A stretch of DNA of 62,861 nt, filler included, from Hausera hauseri (lineage: Eukaryota): assembly GCA_046269625.1 (NCBI GenBank). It is 11 parts of 11 records of this genome, joined end to end, with 100 filler letters (N's around TTAATTAATTAA, not from the genome) between each part and the next. Parts side by side here need not be neighbours in the genome. Positions count along the whole stretch, not along the records: positions 8,972 to 14,554 come from JBJURY010226186.1; positions 14,655 to 18,906 come from JBJURY010675106.1; positions 19,007 to 23,337 come from JBJURY010632108.1; 8 more parts are not named here. The stretch is one strand, 5' to 3'. Below are positions 10,729 through 23,437 of this stretch, piece after piece. Both the position numbers and the translations under genes were made by a program. The notes below the pieces were generated by a model, which was not told the origin of the DNA, ran no database searches, and saw only the letters and a program-made list of their open reading frames with translations. Every line of letters begins with the position of its first letter. Position 1 is the first letter of the stretch.

Positions 10729-12054
10729 TGGTATGGTGAGGTTGGCCGACTATTACGAGGAGAAATAGAACGTCTGTCTGTAGTATGGTTAGCGTTGTTC
10801 TTATAGTTGCAGCCTGAAAGACATTTCTGAGCGTGGAATCCAAATTGTAAATGGTAGATGCAAATGATCATCTCTGAATGTAAATTTGGACTGTAATATC
10901 TACACCCTAAACAGCATTTATTAGCTTTATTATGAAATTTGCTATGATAATAGCACAGAAAATCGTGTAAGCGATGGTGACATGTTTGTGGAAACAGAAC
11001 GAGTATGATTATGAATAGGAACACTTCGTACTGGTAATGAAAGGTCGTCCAACCTATTGTTGATGTTATTTATTGTCTGTTGTAGTGCTAAATTTTTAGC
11101 GTGTAATTGGCACAACTGTTGCTCTATTGTTGCATTGAGTTGATTGTCACTTGTTTTGACCGCTGATGATACAGTTAGTTGGGAATTCAATTGTAGCACT
11201 TCATGTGCTTTATCAGCCAATTCCGCCAAATTATCCAATGCTGTAGATTCCTTGACAACGGTAAGAAGAGCCCTAATTTGTATAGGTAACGCGTTTAAGA
11301 AATATCGTCTCAGAAGGTGTGAATTATGTTGCCTAGTTACACCCAGCGTTTGTATGTGAGTCAACGATGTAGGCAGGAACTCAGAAGGCTTTTGTGTTCC
11401 CATAGCGTTATCATTAAAGAATCTATTGATTATGGAATCCATAAACGGTTCGGCAAGTTTTAGTACTGCGTTATAGAGATGTGTACCGATCAGATTGTTG
11501 GAAAATGTCTAAAATGTTGTGACGAGATGTCTTAACTGTGTTTGGTAACAGACAAAGCAAACTATGAGCTTTTGCTGAGGAATCAGTAAAGTTATTAGAC
11601 TGCAGCCAAAGTTTGTGAAAGCTGAGCAAGGTTTTGCTGGATTTTTCATGATCGATAAAATACGTCGTACATTGAGAAGTGGTTTGGCTGGCGGGATGAA
11701 AGATGTATAGATGGTGAAAGTAGATGGCGTGGTGACGGTCGACGATTTTTGGTTAAAAGCAAAATGTTATGTTTTAGACGTAGTTTTGTCAGCAGTATCA
11801 ATGGTGGGTGAAGTGTCCATGCCACCACGTATGCGCAAATGTACATGAATAACGAGGTGTGGGGTTGGAGGAGAAAAAAAATTGCGGACATCGGCATTAA
11901 CGAGTGGTATATTATTAAGGGTTAAGTAAAAGTCTGAAATGGCGGTAAAATGTTGTACATATTTGCAGAAGTACAGGGAGTCTATGTGGTATATCGTATT
12001 TTGCGTCAATATTGCAGAATTATTTAATAAAAGGTAAAACGAAAGGGGTGTCAT
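10719..12054 (-). pseudogene. Gag with N-terminal ubiquitin-like domain (12054-11821)
   Basis: 78-aa M...DFYLTLNNIPL...LVIHVHLRIRGG directly followed in frame by MDTSPT...; downstream gag motifs MGTQKPSEFL, FLNALP, LAELADK and two CxYH Zn knuckles. Confidence 0.72.
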
Positions 12055-12257
12055 AGGCCCTTTTGGGTAGTGTGGCGATGGAACAAACCACGGTGTGGGA
12101 CCCACTGGCATTGGACGGACAAGTGGGTAGTCGGTCATGGTGTGATATACTTGGAACTCAAGAGTATTGTTGTGCACATATAGACAAAAATCTGAACTAT
12201 CCAAGTAAATGGGCTGTAAAGGACAACCGCAACGGAGGGGTGACGTTGCGCCAGATA

Positions 12258-12631
12258 TGTTGAGAACAAAAACATAAGAGAGAAAAAGGAAAAAGGAATC
12301 GTTAATAACAAAATTAAAATAGTTGCCTGACAAATAGAACGCAATGACGAATTTCACCTCATCGTGCGCTGGTTTCTCCGTGGATGAGTGTCGTTTTGCA
12401 TTGTGGGCACTGCAGATCGACTTTCTCACGTCGCGTCGTACTACAAGAGATCTGCGTACTCAAAGACTCTTTGAACAAGCCCGCCAGTTCGTTATGTCGT
12501 CTGGTTTTCGTCGAATCTAGTCTGCTTGGCGCCATCTGACAGACGTCTGTAATCGATCTTCTTACTCGCTCCACTCTGCAGTCTAATAATGATAACCTCA
12601 CTGGTTGACAGCAGTTTTTGTTGATGTAACA
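12258..12631 (-). repeat. Putative 5' LTR followed by primer-binding site TGGCGCAACG (about 12244-12253)
   Basis: On the minus strand TGTTAC...CAACA, then TATC-TGGCGC; the second LTR is not in the contig. Confidence 0.55.
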
Positions 12632-12669
12632 ACGGCCGCATGCACGGCGGAAAAGAAGTTTTACTCAAT

Positions 12670-13600
12670 GAAGGTATATGATTAGAGGTAATTTTTTTAA
12701 CTAATGTTCTAGGTGAACCAAAATATAACCAATTGATATATTTCTATGGTTCTCATAAACGACCATTTGGAAGCCTTCATAGAAAGCATTGAATTGTTAT
12801 TTGATTCAATCATTCAATAAGTAATCAGCATAAAGCTTTATGAATTCTTCTCTATTCTCTCCATTTAAAGAAATTCTCTAACCATTTTCCTTAAGTTTTT
12901 TATTATAATATTACCAAAGGAATCTTTAACGGCTATTTCGAAATTTTGATCAAAAACACTAGTTACCATATCTCTATCATATTCTAAGAGGCCTTCAAGT
13001 CCAACGGTCAAACTCGGATTGGTAATTTTTAAATTTTCGAAATTCCCTAAGTTTTCCATCAACTTACTATATAAAACAGGAGGTAGTTTCAAATCCGGTG
13101 TAACACCGTTGTAAATGGCAAGTCCAAAAATAAAGCTAATCAATTTGAATTCCCGCGACATGTCTTCCACAAGAAACGGATTGAACCAAAATAAATTGGT
13201 TTCGTCTTTAAAAACAAACATTCCATAATCAGGATTAAAAATCTTTTCAAAAATCAACTAAAGAATTCTTTGCTAACACCGCCTTTGTCAACAGTTTCTT
13301 CATTTCGAAATTCTATGTAGGCGCTTCTTTAAGTTGTCTGGGTTTCTGGAAATTTTATATTCATGCGCATTCAACGTATCATCAACCAAATTATCTCTAT
13401 CAACGATAATTTTCAGAGACGGATGAATAAGATTAGACAAAAATGGCGATTCCGCATAATCGGCACGCATTCGAATTCTATTGTCGTAAAACAAATGAAT
13501 TCGTTTCGTATTAGTGTTGAGTAAAAATGAATATTTAACGAAACTGAAGTCTTTCCCAGCCTTGTAACAAACTTAATCATTTTCAATATTGATATTTTCA
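12670..13600 (-). pseudogene. UBE3A/E6AP-like HECT E3 ligase fragment, intronless and frameshifted
   Basis: FYDNRIRM, LKIIVDRDNLVDD, DKGGVSKEFF, IFNPDYGMF, FWFNP, GLAIYN, LYADYLLN. Confidence 0.85.
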
Positions 13601-14654
13601 TTTAGTTTCGTTAATAAAATCATCGTACAGAATTAATGAAAATCGACAATCCATGGCATGGATCATCAAGATACTCGCAATGTCCTTGTAGTATCATGAT
13701 TTGGAATGATTGATGTTCATCGAATATCTTTTATTATACTCTCGTTCAGACTCCAATTGATCAACCGAGTACACTGAACCGGCCAGTATACTTGTATAAT
13801 AAACACATTCAAAACAAAAACTATTTCTTTTAATTTTCAGTATTTTACTTTGCCCTTTTGTTCTTGCTAATACATTATATGTTAATAGTGATTATTTAAA
13901 TGAAAGAAATGCTCTTGTTGATGCTACACAATCATATCCCTTTTCTTGTAATCATATGGTACACGAAATGAAGACTATGGCTATTGTTCCTATTCACAAC
14001 GGGGTGAACTGGTGTGTGCCACACCGATTTTGAACCGATGCCTGTTGCCTTGAGAAACTTTGACGTTGAATTACTTAGCGAAATAATATGCATGTTAATA
14101 ACTACATGAGGACTGGATAGGTTGGGAAATAACACAATACTAGTTTATCACGATAAATGCTCTTGCTGCGTGAAGTCTCGGTGATTGTGGCTTTACTCCA
14201 GGTACAATAGGCATTTAACACATTTCAAGGAGTGTCCAAGTCAACAAAGATTGCGATCTACTGCTTTATTAGCGCGCCTAGAGACGTGTTGCATCCTACT
14301 TTGGCAGCTAGTAACCAGTCTTTTCAGAAATAGGTAGAGTCACTGTATATAATATGACATTACTTTGAAACTAAGGACACAAAAGGGACCTTTTCCAAAG
14401 AATACCGAGTCTGCAGGACATCGTGATGGCTGTGTTCTTTTGGCTAACGGAAAACCTTCTTCTTCTTCTGCTGCATATTGCTTGTTCCTGTTGATGTTTC
14501 CACGTTATGCTTTTCAGTCTCGTGATTTCAATGTGTCTGTTTTTTGCCTGCTGANNNNNNNNNNNNNNNNNNNNNNNNNNNNNNNNNNNNNNNNNNNNTT
14601 AATTAATTAANNNNNNNNNNNNNNNNNNNNNNNNNNNNNNNNNNNNNNNNNNNN

Positions 14655-14730
14655 GTACCATATATTGGCATCAAAGTCAATAAGAGCTGACGCTCGATGA
14701 CTGTGGATCAATGACAAGACAAGACAAGAC
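14655..14730 (+). repeat. Interspersed repeat 3' end with (ACAAG)n tail; second copy at 48245-48354 (-)
   Basis: Near-identical gtaccatatattggcatcaaagtcaataagagctgacgctcgatga... in two contigs. Confidence 0.8.
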
Positions 14731-15429
14731 ATATTACTATACTGTGTAGGTTAGTTAGTTTTGGATCCCGAACAGGTTAAAGTTTAGTACGTTTCTTTTT
14801 TTTTCAAAGAATTTAAGTTTTATATTACTTTTTTCCGTTTTTTTTTTTTTCGATATAATTTATAGCATCGCGTCTTGTCTTCGAAAGCACTGAAACGCGG
14901 CGAATTTCTGTTTAAATATTTTTACCGTATCCGAAATGTTTCAAAATAAACTGGATTCTGTTTTGCAGGAGCCGAAGCTGAAATTCGGTACGTCCCAAAT
15001 GGTAACCCGGGTAAAAGTAACATTTAACTGGCTTCTTAACCTGTCTGAGCTTTGAGTGAACAACGGAGTGTAACTAGTTGAAACAGTCCCATAACTGAGA
15101 GCCTAATTATGACCGAAAGATACAGATTAACGCACAGTGGCTTACATATAATAAACAAACTATGTACCGAACTTAACCGAAATACTAAAATGGCCATCTG
15201 AGAATAAACATAAACAATGAATAACGCTCAACATTTTAAGCTTATGACTATAACAATAGAGACACGGTAACATTCCTTAGCAGCAGGTAGAAAAATTTTA
15301 CGGACATCATAATCGACAGAAGTTTTACGTATCAGAATTATGTTTCGGCATTGTAACTCATTTACACTCTATATGTCTGGGCCACTTTAACCATGACTAC
15401 TTTGTGTCGTTATAGTCCATGTCTCCATT

Positions 15430-15830
15430 GTTGTTCCCCATCTGGCCTTCAGTGAAATGTCAAAGTTTACATCATTCCACACAACTTGCCAGAGAAGACA
15501 TTTCACAGAGTATTCTGGCCACAGACCATTAGTGACCAGGAAATCATCGCCAAAAGTTGACATTTACTCACCGTGATAAAAAAAAAAAAAAAAAACCACG
15601 AAGGAAATGGACTGGACATTAATCAGAGAGGATCCAGAGGACGTTGCTAGGATCGAATGTCCAGGACATTAAAGGATGACGACCAAAGGTAACCTGATGT
15701 AAAATAGTCCAGGTGGAACATGCAGCACAGGTGGGGAAATATATAAAGACTGGCTGCAGATCGAGAGAAATGAAAACCATTTGTCGCTGCCTTGTGAGTT
15801 GCCACACGAGGTTCTGGATGATGTCTGCTT
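15430..15830 (+). mobile_element. RTE-clade LINE 3' fragment
   Basis: FHTTC.RR, WTGH, G.PK.T, LAADREK...FVAAL. Confidence 0.65.
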
Positions 15831-16811
15831 TGACGCTCTTCATCTAAGAACACGTGATGGTGATGACTGTGAGGCCTTTATGGAAACCCACTATTGACAC
15901 ATTCGTCATTTATTCAAGTTTTAATCCATTCTGCCAGTTCTAATGATGCATGGTACAACTCGTGAATCCTTATGTTATATATAATCCCATAATAATAATA
16001 AAATTATGTGCTGAATCCCAGAAAGAAAAGATTTTTGAGGCGCTTGATGTATCTCAAGAGCTTGGCGCATCTTCTGACAGGGCACTGGTTCACACGCATA
16101 TTAAATGGGCTTCATCACGTCGTGCCCTCTCAGCCAAATTTATAAGTGCTTATGACCTATGCAAATGAACTGACGCAGAAAACAGAAAATGACATTCATG
16201 AAAACATTTGTTTCCCCGAGCCGTCAACGAGGTTATACGATTATTCACTTTGCTTAATGAAATCTCTTGATATCATCTGCAACAATTCTCGTTCGTAGTG
16301 CTGAACGAATTTGGGCTACAAACTCTTCTTTCAATTTGTAAAACGCGTTCCTTTCCCTCTTGTCTGAAATGTTGTAATTCTGTTAATAGTTGCCCACAAG
16401 AGGAAACATGTTTGTTTACTTTTCAGCATTTTGTTACCGACTTCTCACAATTTACAGTCCACACTGGGTGTCCTTGGTACCTCATGTTCACGTTTCTAGA
16501 AACGTTACTTTACAGAATGACGTTATGTAATCTAGCTGTCCTAGGCACATGTAGTTTATGTGTTTTTACTCTTGCATTCATGCATGTGGCTTTCCGTCTT
16601 TCTGACTAAATTTGGCATATTAGGTTTCGTCACTGATCTCTCCAATGCTCATTTTGATGTCTCTTCTTTTATCTTCTATTTTCATTATAAATTCCAAATT
16701 TATCATTCAGGTTTTTGCATGCTTGGTATTTTCATGGAATTGTTTCTATCGTCTAGATTAACTACATTCAGTTTTCATACGAATCACTTTACAGTAAAAA
16801 TACATTGCGAA

Positions 16812-16990
16812 CATACAGTCACTCTGTCTGTATGTTATACCTGAAGGTAGACATCAATTTTGAACACAAAGTCACTCTGTCTGTATGCTATACCTGACTG
16901 TAAACTTGGATTGTGACCATCGAGTCAATTTCTCTATACGTTATACCTCAAGGTAGACTTGAATTCATCTGATCACGTACAGTCAAGGCA
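16812..16990. repeat. Degenerate minisatellite, about 52-bp unit, 3+ copies
   Basis: Recurrent agtcactctgtctgtatg(t/c)tatacctga. Confidence 0.7.
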
Positions 16991-17049
16991 TATATTTTCA
17001 TGTACAGGTTTTATAACACAGGGTGAACACTATGATCTTCTTCGACATC

Positions 17050-17455
17050 TTTTTACCTCCCCTTGAAGCATAAGGCATCGATGAATTTTCTCCAACCAGA
17101 TCTGCCCTGGACAAGCCATCTTAGTTCACTCTAGGTTTTACCAATCACCGTCTGTTCTCTCTTTATAGTTCGCCTCCATGTCTCTCTGGGTCGCCCTTTT
17201 GCTCTCCTGCTGGATTCCATTTTAGGGCTGTTCTTCGGTGCCTGCATGTTTGCTTCCTCAGTACATGGCCCAATCATTTCCATCTTATCGTCTCGATTCT
17301 GTCGTAACCGGTAATATTTGTGATGCCAGTGCGTTATTGTATATGTACATTTGACACTTTTGTTCCCAATGGATTCTTAAGGATTCTTCTTTGACATTTA
17401 CCCTCAAAATCTCTTAACCTGCTATCAGTTTAGTGTTTGTTGTCCATGTCTCATC
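17050..17455 (-). mobile_element. RTE-clade LINE 3' fragment
   Basis: KGRPRETWRRTIKRE...RSGWRKFIDALC. Confidence 0.75.
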
Positions 17456-17619
17456 GGAAACAGCGACACTAATTATTTAACTGATGGTTAGTTACATTGT
17501 GTGTTAATCTCTTAATCGTAAATATAAATCTATTTTTAGCCCCAGAAGGAGCTGAGATCTCCATTAAGTTCACTTTTGTCTGTCGAACAGCAGTCTCTCC
17601 TGATCTGTTATTGCACTTT

Positions 17620-17815
17620 TATATTTTTGCCTATATTTAACGTGGACGACACAATATACGAACGTCCGGTCTCACTACCCAGAGATCAGGAGAATTGATT
17701 ACTAAAGGTGCAAGGAGAAAAAAACAAACACTACTTATCCCAGTGGGATTCGAACCATGGACTTCTAGCTATAAATGCAGATATCTTACGTCGAGACCAT
17801 ACAGCTCTCTTAACT
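17620..17815 (-). mobile_element. tRNA-derived SINE
   Basis: Pol III B box GGTTCGAATCCC (17756-17745) in a tRNA-like head; no full cloverleaf. Confidence 0.6.
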
Positions 17816-18489
17816 ACAGTCGGTAGCAAACTCAGAAGAGAAGGGGTAATAACACACACTGCTGACGTAAACTACTTTCTGTATCAAAAAGATAAATGAA
17901 ACAGTCGCCCATAAAGAACACTGCATTTCACGTCGTATGAGTTTTCTCAACACCCTTAGTAAGAATGCCTTCGTACCTCATTAATTGTGGAGGAGACTTC
18001 CCCGTCTGGACTGTTCAAGGTCTTTTCGCAAATTCAATATGCACGGGAACGTTCATTTAATATTATTATTCAGAGTGAATTAGTCGCTATATGTTTGAGA
18101 CATGACAATCGTCTTCGTGGTAATCGTGTTATACAAGGTTAACTTAATGTCATTATCTATTTATGGGTTCAGTACGCTTTATACCAGTAGTCCTCAAACT
18201 GGTTTTCTTCGTGCACTGCATGCTGTCAAACGGTACTAAGATATTAAGTACATCAATTAGCGAGTTGACAACAGCGCGTGAACTTCAGCGTTGAGCAAGC
18301 ACAGTATGCCTTTAGCAGTCAGTTGTTTGAAAGTGTTCAGTCAAACGTCAGTTTGATCGTTTTCTGGCATGTTTTGAGGTTCATTTTCGTCCATCACTAT
18401 CGTCAGATGTTACTGGGTGTCCTTATTCTGTGTACCTAGAAGAGAGGAAAAAAAACACAACTCGCAGAATGTCAGTCTTACAAAACACT

Positions 18490-18906
18490 TAACTGAAATA
18501 TTGCGAACCAATGCTTCTTCAGATCTTGATTCTGGCGAATATGTTCCTCAATAATGCAGATGCCAGTCTGGCTTTTCATATTCTTGACTTTACATCATCT
18601 TCAGTGCCACCTTGGTTATCAATTATGCTGCCATGATTTGTAAATGATTCTATATCTTCCAATATTCTGCCTCCCAGTGTAACTTGGGTATTTGTAGCTG
18701 TATTTATTTTGAGAAATGTAGTCTTTTCTCTGTGTATGTTTAGACCAATTTGAGATGATAAGTTTGCTATTTTATCTTTTTTTTTTTTTTTGCTGCATCT
18801 GTTGGTGAGTATGAGACAGTAGTGCCAGATCGTCTGCAAAGTCGAGGTCTTCAAGCTGTGTCCAGAGAGTCCACTGTATTCCTAGTTTGTTTTGTTCAGT
18901 GGCTGT
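18490..18906 (-). mobile_element. RTE-clade LINE RT fragment
   Basis: GIQWTLWTQLEDLDFADDLALLSH...GLNIHREKT...GSIIDNQGGTEDDVKSRI. Confidence 0.88.
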
Positions 18907-19006
18907 NNNNNNNNNNNNNNNNNNNNNNNNNNNNNNNNNNNNNNNNNNNNTTAATTAATTAANNNNNNNNNNNNNNNNNNNNNNNNNNNNNNNNNNNNNN
19001 NNNNNN

Positions 19007-19416
19007 AAAGTTTTCGAGTCAGATGCAAGTGGGTACATTAAATTTGAACTGGCTAAGGATATTGTCGACATTTCATTGGACAAGGCTTTGGTCATGGTAT
19101 TAAGTTTTGGACAACGGGAGTTTGAGGCATCGACCAATAAGAAGACTGCAGCAACACATGTTGCAACACTTAGATCAAAACTGAAAACTGTAAAAAGTCA
19201 AATGTACATTTACATGAACATCACCGAACGGATTTTTTGTGGATGTAGTAGGTGTACCGCTAATCCGTGCAATGTCTCCAAAAAGCAGCAAGTATAGTGC
19301 TATATAAACAATGTTGAAGTCAATATCAGAATTGACACGGGCTACATTATTAAATTTCCCTACGGTACCACATCCGGTCTAATTCTTCATTTCCGTCGAA
19401 TCCAACAACAACATAA
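19007..19416 (+). pseudogene. Minor capsid (penton-like) protein, C-terminal part
   Basis: MYIYMNITERIFCG, VNIRIDTG..IKFPYG...LILHFRR. Confidence 0.7.
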
Positions 19417-19449
19417 TTGATTCTGAAATCATTTTTATTAACAGTAAAC

Positions 19450-19776
19450 CTCAGCAGGGCGGTGAACTGCAGTATTTCGCTGGTAAACAGTATGGCTCTG
19501 GATGGTTGCGTAAATTTGGACGTTTAGCATTTCCCGTGTTGAAATGTATCGGTGCCGTGGCAGCAGAAACAGCACAGGACGTACTATATGTAAACAAATC
19601 GATTTTACCATCACTAAAGGAATACGCCTTGTCCGAAATAAAAAGCGCTGAACCAGAGTCGTTGAATCAGTCAAAAAACAATTCGCTGGTAGTGGCATGA
19701 TTATGAGAAAACGCCGTAGAGCATCATCGAGTTCATAAGCTATAAAAAATCGTCGTCGTCGTACGATTTTTGATTG
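19450..19776 (+). pseudogene. Basic core protein with QxGxG adenain-type sites
   Basis: QQGGE...QYGSGWLRKFGRLAFPVLK...RKRRR...RRRRTIFD. Confidence 0.65.
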
Positions 19777-19792
19777 ATTGATTGATAGACAA

Positions 19793-21006
19793 ATGGCATC
19801 TGCAAAATCTGAATTGTTTATATTTGATAAAGACACACAACAATTTGTTATTAACAATGAAGCATTTTAAAAAATCTACCCCGTTGATTCTGTTTCAACG
19901 GACGATAACACTGACATTCAATTCAATATTATGGCATCGGCTAATGAATATCTGAATTTCAACGATACGCTACTGTATGTAAAAGTCATTGTTAAAAAGG
20001 ATGATCAACGGTTCTCACTGCAACAGACACTCTCACACCGGCCAATTACCTTTCCTGACAGTGTTCCCGGAGAATTCACTGACTTTAAGCAGCGTCATAA
20101 TTGAAAGCAATACCAGTATGTACAGTATCGAAGCACTCACTGAAACGGCTCTGAATTACAGTGCGGACACGAAAACGACTTATTTGACGCCACTGCAGCA
20201 AACTGTCAGGCATGGGTAGCAGAATCAAAAACACTTACTATGTGTGGACCGGTGTACTTTGACTTTTCAATTAGCCGATATACCTAGTGCCCGGTGTTAA
20301 AGCCATGATTTGGCTCAAACGCAGCGACAATGTCTTTGTTTGAAAACTATAACTGCAAATCTCAAACCCATACTGAAATTTACCGAGGCACGATTATACG
20401 TACGTCGAGTAAAGGTAGAACCATCTGTGCTCATGGGGCATAGATTTGGCTTGGAAACACAAAATGCCTTTTACCTGATACAACGCACAGAACTCGTGTT
20501 TTTTACCATACTCAAAGATTTGACAACGATTTACAAGGACGCACTGTTTGGCGATATACGATTGCCAGAATTTGTGCTTGTTATATTTCAAACGACTGCT
20601 CAATAAACGGACAGTTATACCACCGATTCGGAAACGTTTACCCATAGCAATGTGAATTTTCATCAGTTTGGGTAAGAATGCGGATTTAGTTCAGACATAC
20701 AAGCAGGATTTCGAGACCGGCGATTACGTTTGCACATATATGCAATCTATTGTGCGCAACATGGGTTTACTGAACAAAAATATCAACTATAGCATATCGA
20801 TGGATTTATTCAAGTCCGTCAATCCATTCTTCACCTTTGTTCTGGCTCCTGATTATGAAGTTGAACAGACTCAACTAACTCAGCAGGGAAACCTGAGACT
20901 GGAGGTTCACTTTGCTAAAGCGCTCAAGCAATCTACCATGATGTACACTTACGGTGTATTTGATGCGGAGGTGAAAATAACGAAAAACGGAACCGTCATT
21001 GTATAA
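19793..21006 (+). pseudogene. Double-jelly-roll major capsid protein (hexon-like)
   Basis: KSELFIF..TQ, IQFNI...EYLNFNDTLLYVKV, ARLYVRRVKVEPSV, GNLRLEVHFAKAL. Confidence 0.88.
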
Positions 21007-21073
21007 ATACAACCTTCTTCTTCTTTTCCCTCCTTTTTGTACCATGAAGTAATTTATTACTATTATTACTATT

Positions 21074-21320
21074 ATGATTCAATCACGTTTTACGTTTAGC
21101 TCAACTGAACTCAGTCACTATGGAACACTGTTCTTCGTTGTGAAATTCCGCAGTGTGTTTCCACTGAACCGTGTGCCGCGTGACTTACGACAAAATGGTG
21201 GCGGAAGTTTCATTATAAATACACACGGTTTATCGTTACCTGGCGAACATTGGATTGCTGTGTACATACATCCGACCGCAGTCAAGGTATTTGATCCGCT
21301 CGGGTTTTATTACCCGTCAT
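21074..21320 (+). pseudogene. Adenain-like cysteine protease, truncated
   Basis: FRSVFP...FIINT...PGEHWIAVY....VFDPLG; catalytic Q..CG segment not seen. Confidence 0.82.
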
Positions 21321-22248
21321 CCGCTTTTCTGAATGGACAGACAGACTGTTTTTGTAATTTTGAAATATATAACTTGTCATATTGCTGTTTCTGTTGTTAT
21401 ATAATTTCAATATCTCTGTTACGCATTTGGTGGTACTCATTAGTTAGTAGGCAGACGGTCTCAGGTGTCAACACCACCAACACCACCATTGCAATTTTGA
21501 TCACAATCATTCTCCTTGTAAGTAGTAGTGGTACCCAATTATGAGCTCGTGGTAATTTGCTCGATCGTAAACCGCCGTTTGGTTTTAAACATCGTCGTCG
21601 TCGTCGTACAAAATAAAATTCGCGATTTTTACCAAACGAACGCATTTACAACCATAATGACGACGATGATTTTAGATTTCTTTTTAACAATGCGTTTCGT
21701 TTCGCCTTTCGGCTGCATTTGTCACCTAAATTCGTTGGTCTGATCGTGAGGCGGTTATAACATGAAAATTTTCCCAATTTATGAGAAATGTATACTACCC
21801 ATTTACGTCACAGGCAGACTTGAACAGGGGAAAATTTTACCGGCGAAAATTTTTCCAACCGGTTTTCTCCATGTTCCCTTGGTCTCACGACGACGAAACC
21901 GTGTCCATTCGACCTGTCAATATCAATTTTTCTCCTGTACAAAATTTCGATATACCAGCAGTATGTGTTGCGTTGACGGTTGCACCTTGCCCGTTTTCCT
22001 TCTTCCGCTTCCTGTGCCGCCGGGTTACATTTTTCGGCTTCGCGGCGCAGTTAACTTTTGTTCGCCTTGCCCGACTCGACCGATTGGTCTCGGTTCAAAG
22101 TCCATTGCCCGACCTTCTTCCGTCCCTGGGGGTCTCCGACCACCAGACATGAAATGCTCAGAATTGCGAGATAGGTGGGGAAAACCGGTTTTCATGTCGA
22201 CCTGAGCACTTTTGGTGAAGTGGTTAGGAGAGGACACGTCTACCTACT

Positions 22249-23337
22249 ATGATATACTCAATAATATTCTCGCTAAAGCGAAAAAAAATTTATCAGTCGA
22301 ATATTTAGAAAATTTTCCGGATATTGTCTTCGGATATATTGATATATTTGCCAAAAACGAAACAAATACAGGATGAACCGATTTAGCCGAGTTTAAATTA
22401 TCATTTATGACTGATCCTCAGATAGTAAAAGAAATAGGCCTATTACAGCAACCAATACTCTAATGGTATCCGCCACCTAAAGCACAATAAAAGGAAGTTG
22501 AAGAGCAGATAAAAACAATGCTAGACAAAGATATCATTGAACCCAGTCAATCTCCGTGGCCATCTCCTATTGTTATGGTAAAGAAAGCTAATAGCACAAA
22601 ACATCGCCTGTGCATAAATTTAGTCACATTAAACAAATATTTGACAAATTATGAATATCCGATACCAAGGGTATAGGATTATTGATGTGTTTAAGGATTA
22701 AAAATACTTCACATTAGATTTACAGAGTGGATTCCGGCAAATTTCAGTAGCCGAAAAGACTGCTTGAATGCAGCACTTGTTTATCAATACGCAGTTGTTT
22801 ATCAATTTACATGCATGCCCTTTGGATTGAAAACTGCACCTACGTTTTTTCAAGAGTTTATTCTCTTAGTCTTAAAAGGAGTACGTAACTTATCGTACAC
22901 ATACGATATTTTAATTTCATCAAAGACATGATCAGCACATTTAGTAGAATTACGTGAAGTATTTGACATAATCCAAATCTTAAAATTGAAATTGAATGCT
23001 AAAAAGTCGAGTGATGTAAAACTGAAGTTATATACTTTGGATTTGTATTTTCAAACCATGATATATCTACCAGCCCACATTTAATACCCAAAATCGTGGA
23101 ATATCCCCACCATCCAGTGTACATGAGATGAGAGCTTGGTTAGGATTAGGCGGATTTTACGCTACGTTTATCTAAAATTTAGCAGAAATCATCCAGCAGC
23201 AATATAAGTTATTAAAAAAAACAGAAAATGGAAATGGACTGAGAATAATTAAGAATCATTTGACGAGGCTAAACAATATGTGGTATCTGCACCTATATTG
23301 AGATATCTAGATATTTCACTCCAGTTCATCCACAAAA
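22249..23337 (+). mobile_element. Ty3/Gypsy RT fragment, decayed
   Basis: EVEEQIKTMLDKDIIEPSQSPWPSPIVMVKK, LDLQSGF.QI, MPFGLKTAP, WLGLGGF. Confidence 0.9.
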
Positions 23338-23437
23338 NNNNNNNNNNNNNNNNNNNNNNNNNNNNNNNNNNNNNNNNNNNNTTAATTAATTAANNNNNNN
23401 NNNNNNNNNNNNNNNNNNNNNNNNNNNNNNNNNNNNN

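Larger units (their letters stand above)
8972..12631 (-). mobile_element. Ty3/Gypsy LTR retrotransposon, decayed (5' LTR, PBS, UBL-gag, PR, RT)
   Basis: RT motifs IDLAKAYHQIPV, KTAVTTPFGLYEYIYMPFGL, YIDDILIAS; protease LMDIGAEVS; gag CYYH..C knuckles; PR-RT-RH order. Confidence 0.93.
19007..22248 (+). mobile_element. Maverick/Polinton structural module and terminus, decayed
   Basis: Penton - core - major capsid - adenain order; ends ...TACCTACT at 22248 (5'-AGTAGG terminus). Confidence 0.9.

Noticed and set aside
13932-14135. BEL/Pao fragment (VWHTPVHPVVN)
   Set aside because: Single short degenerate motif, insufficient support
17735-17815. tRNA gene
   Set aside because: B box only, no complete cloverleaf; called a SINE head
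21762-22237. Overlapping ORFs as genes
   Set aside because: They lie in the GC-richer Maverick terminal region and have no recognisable motifs
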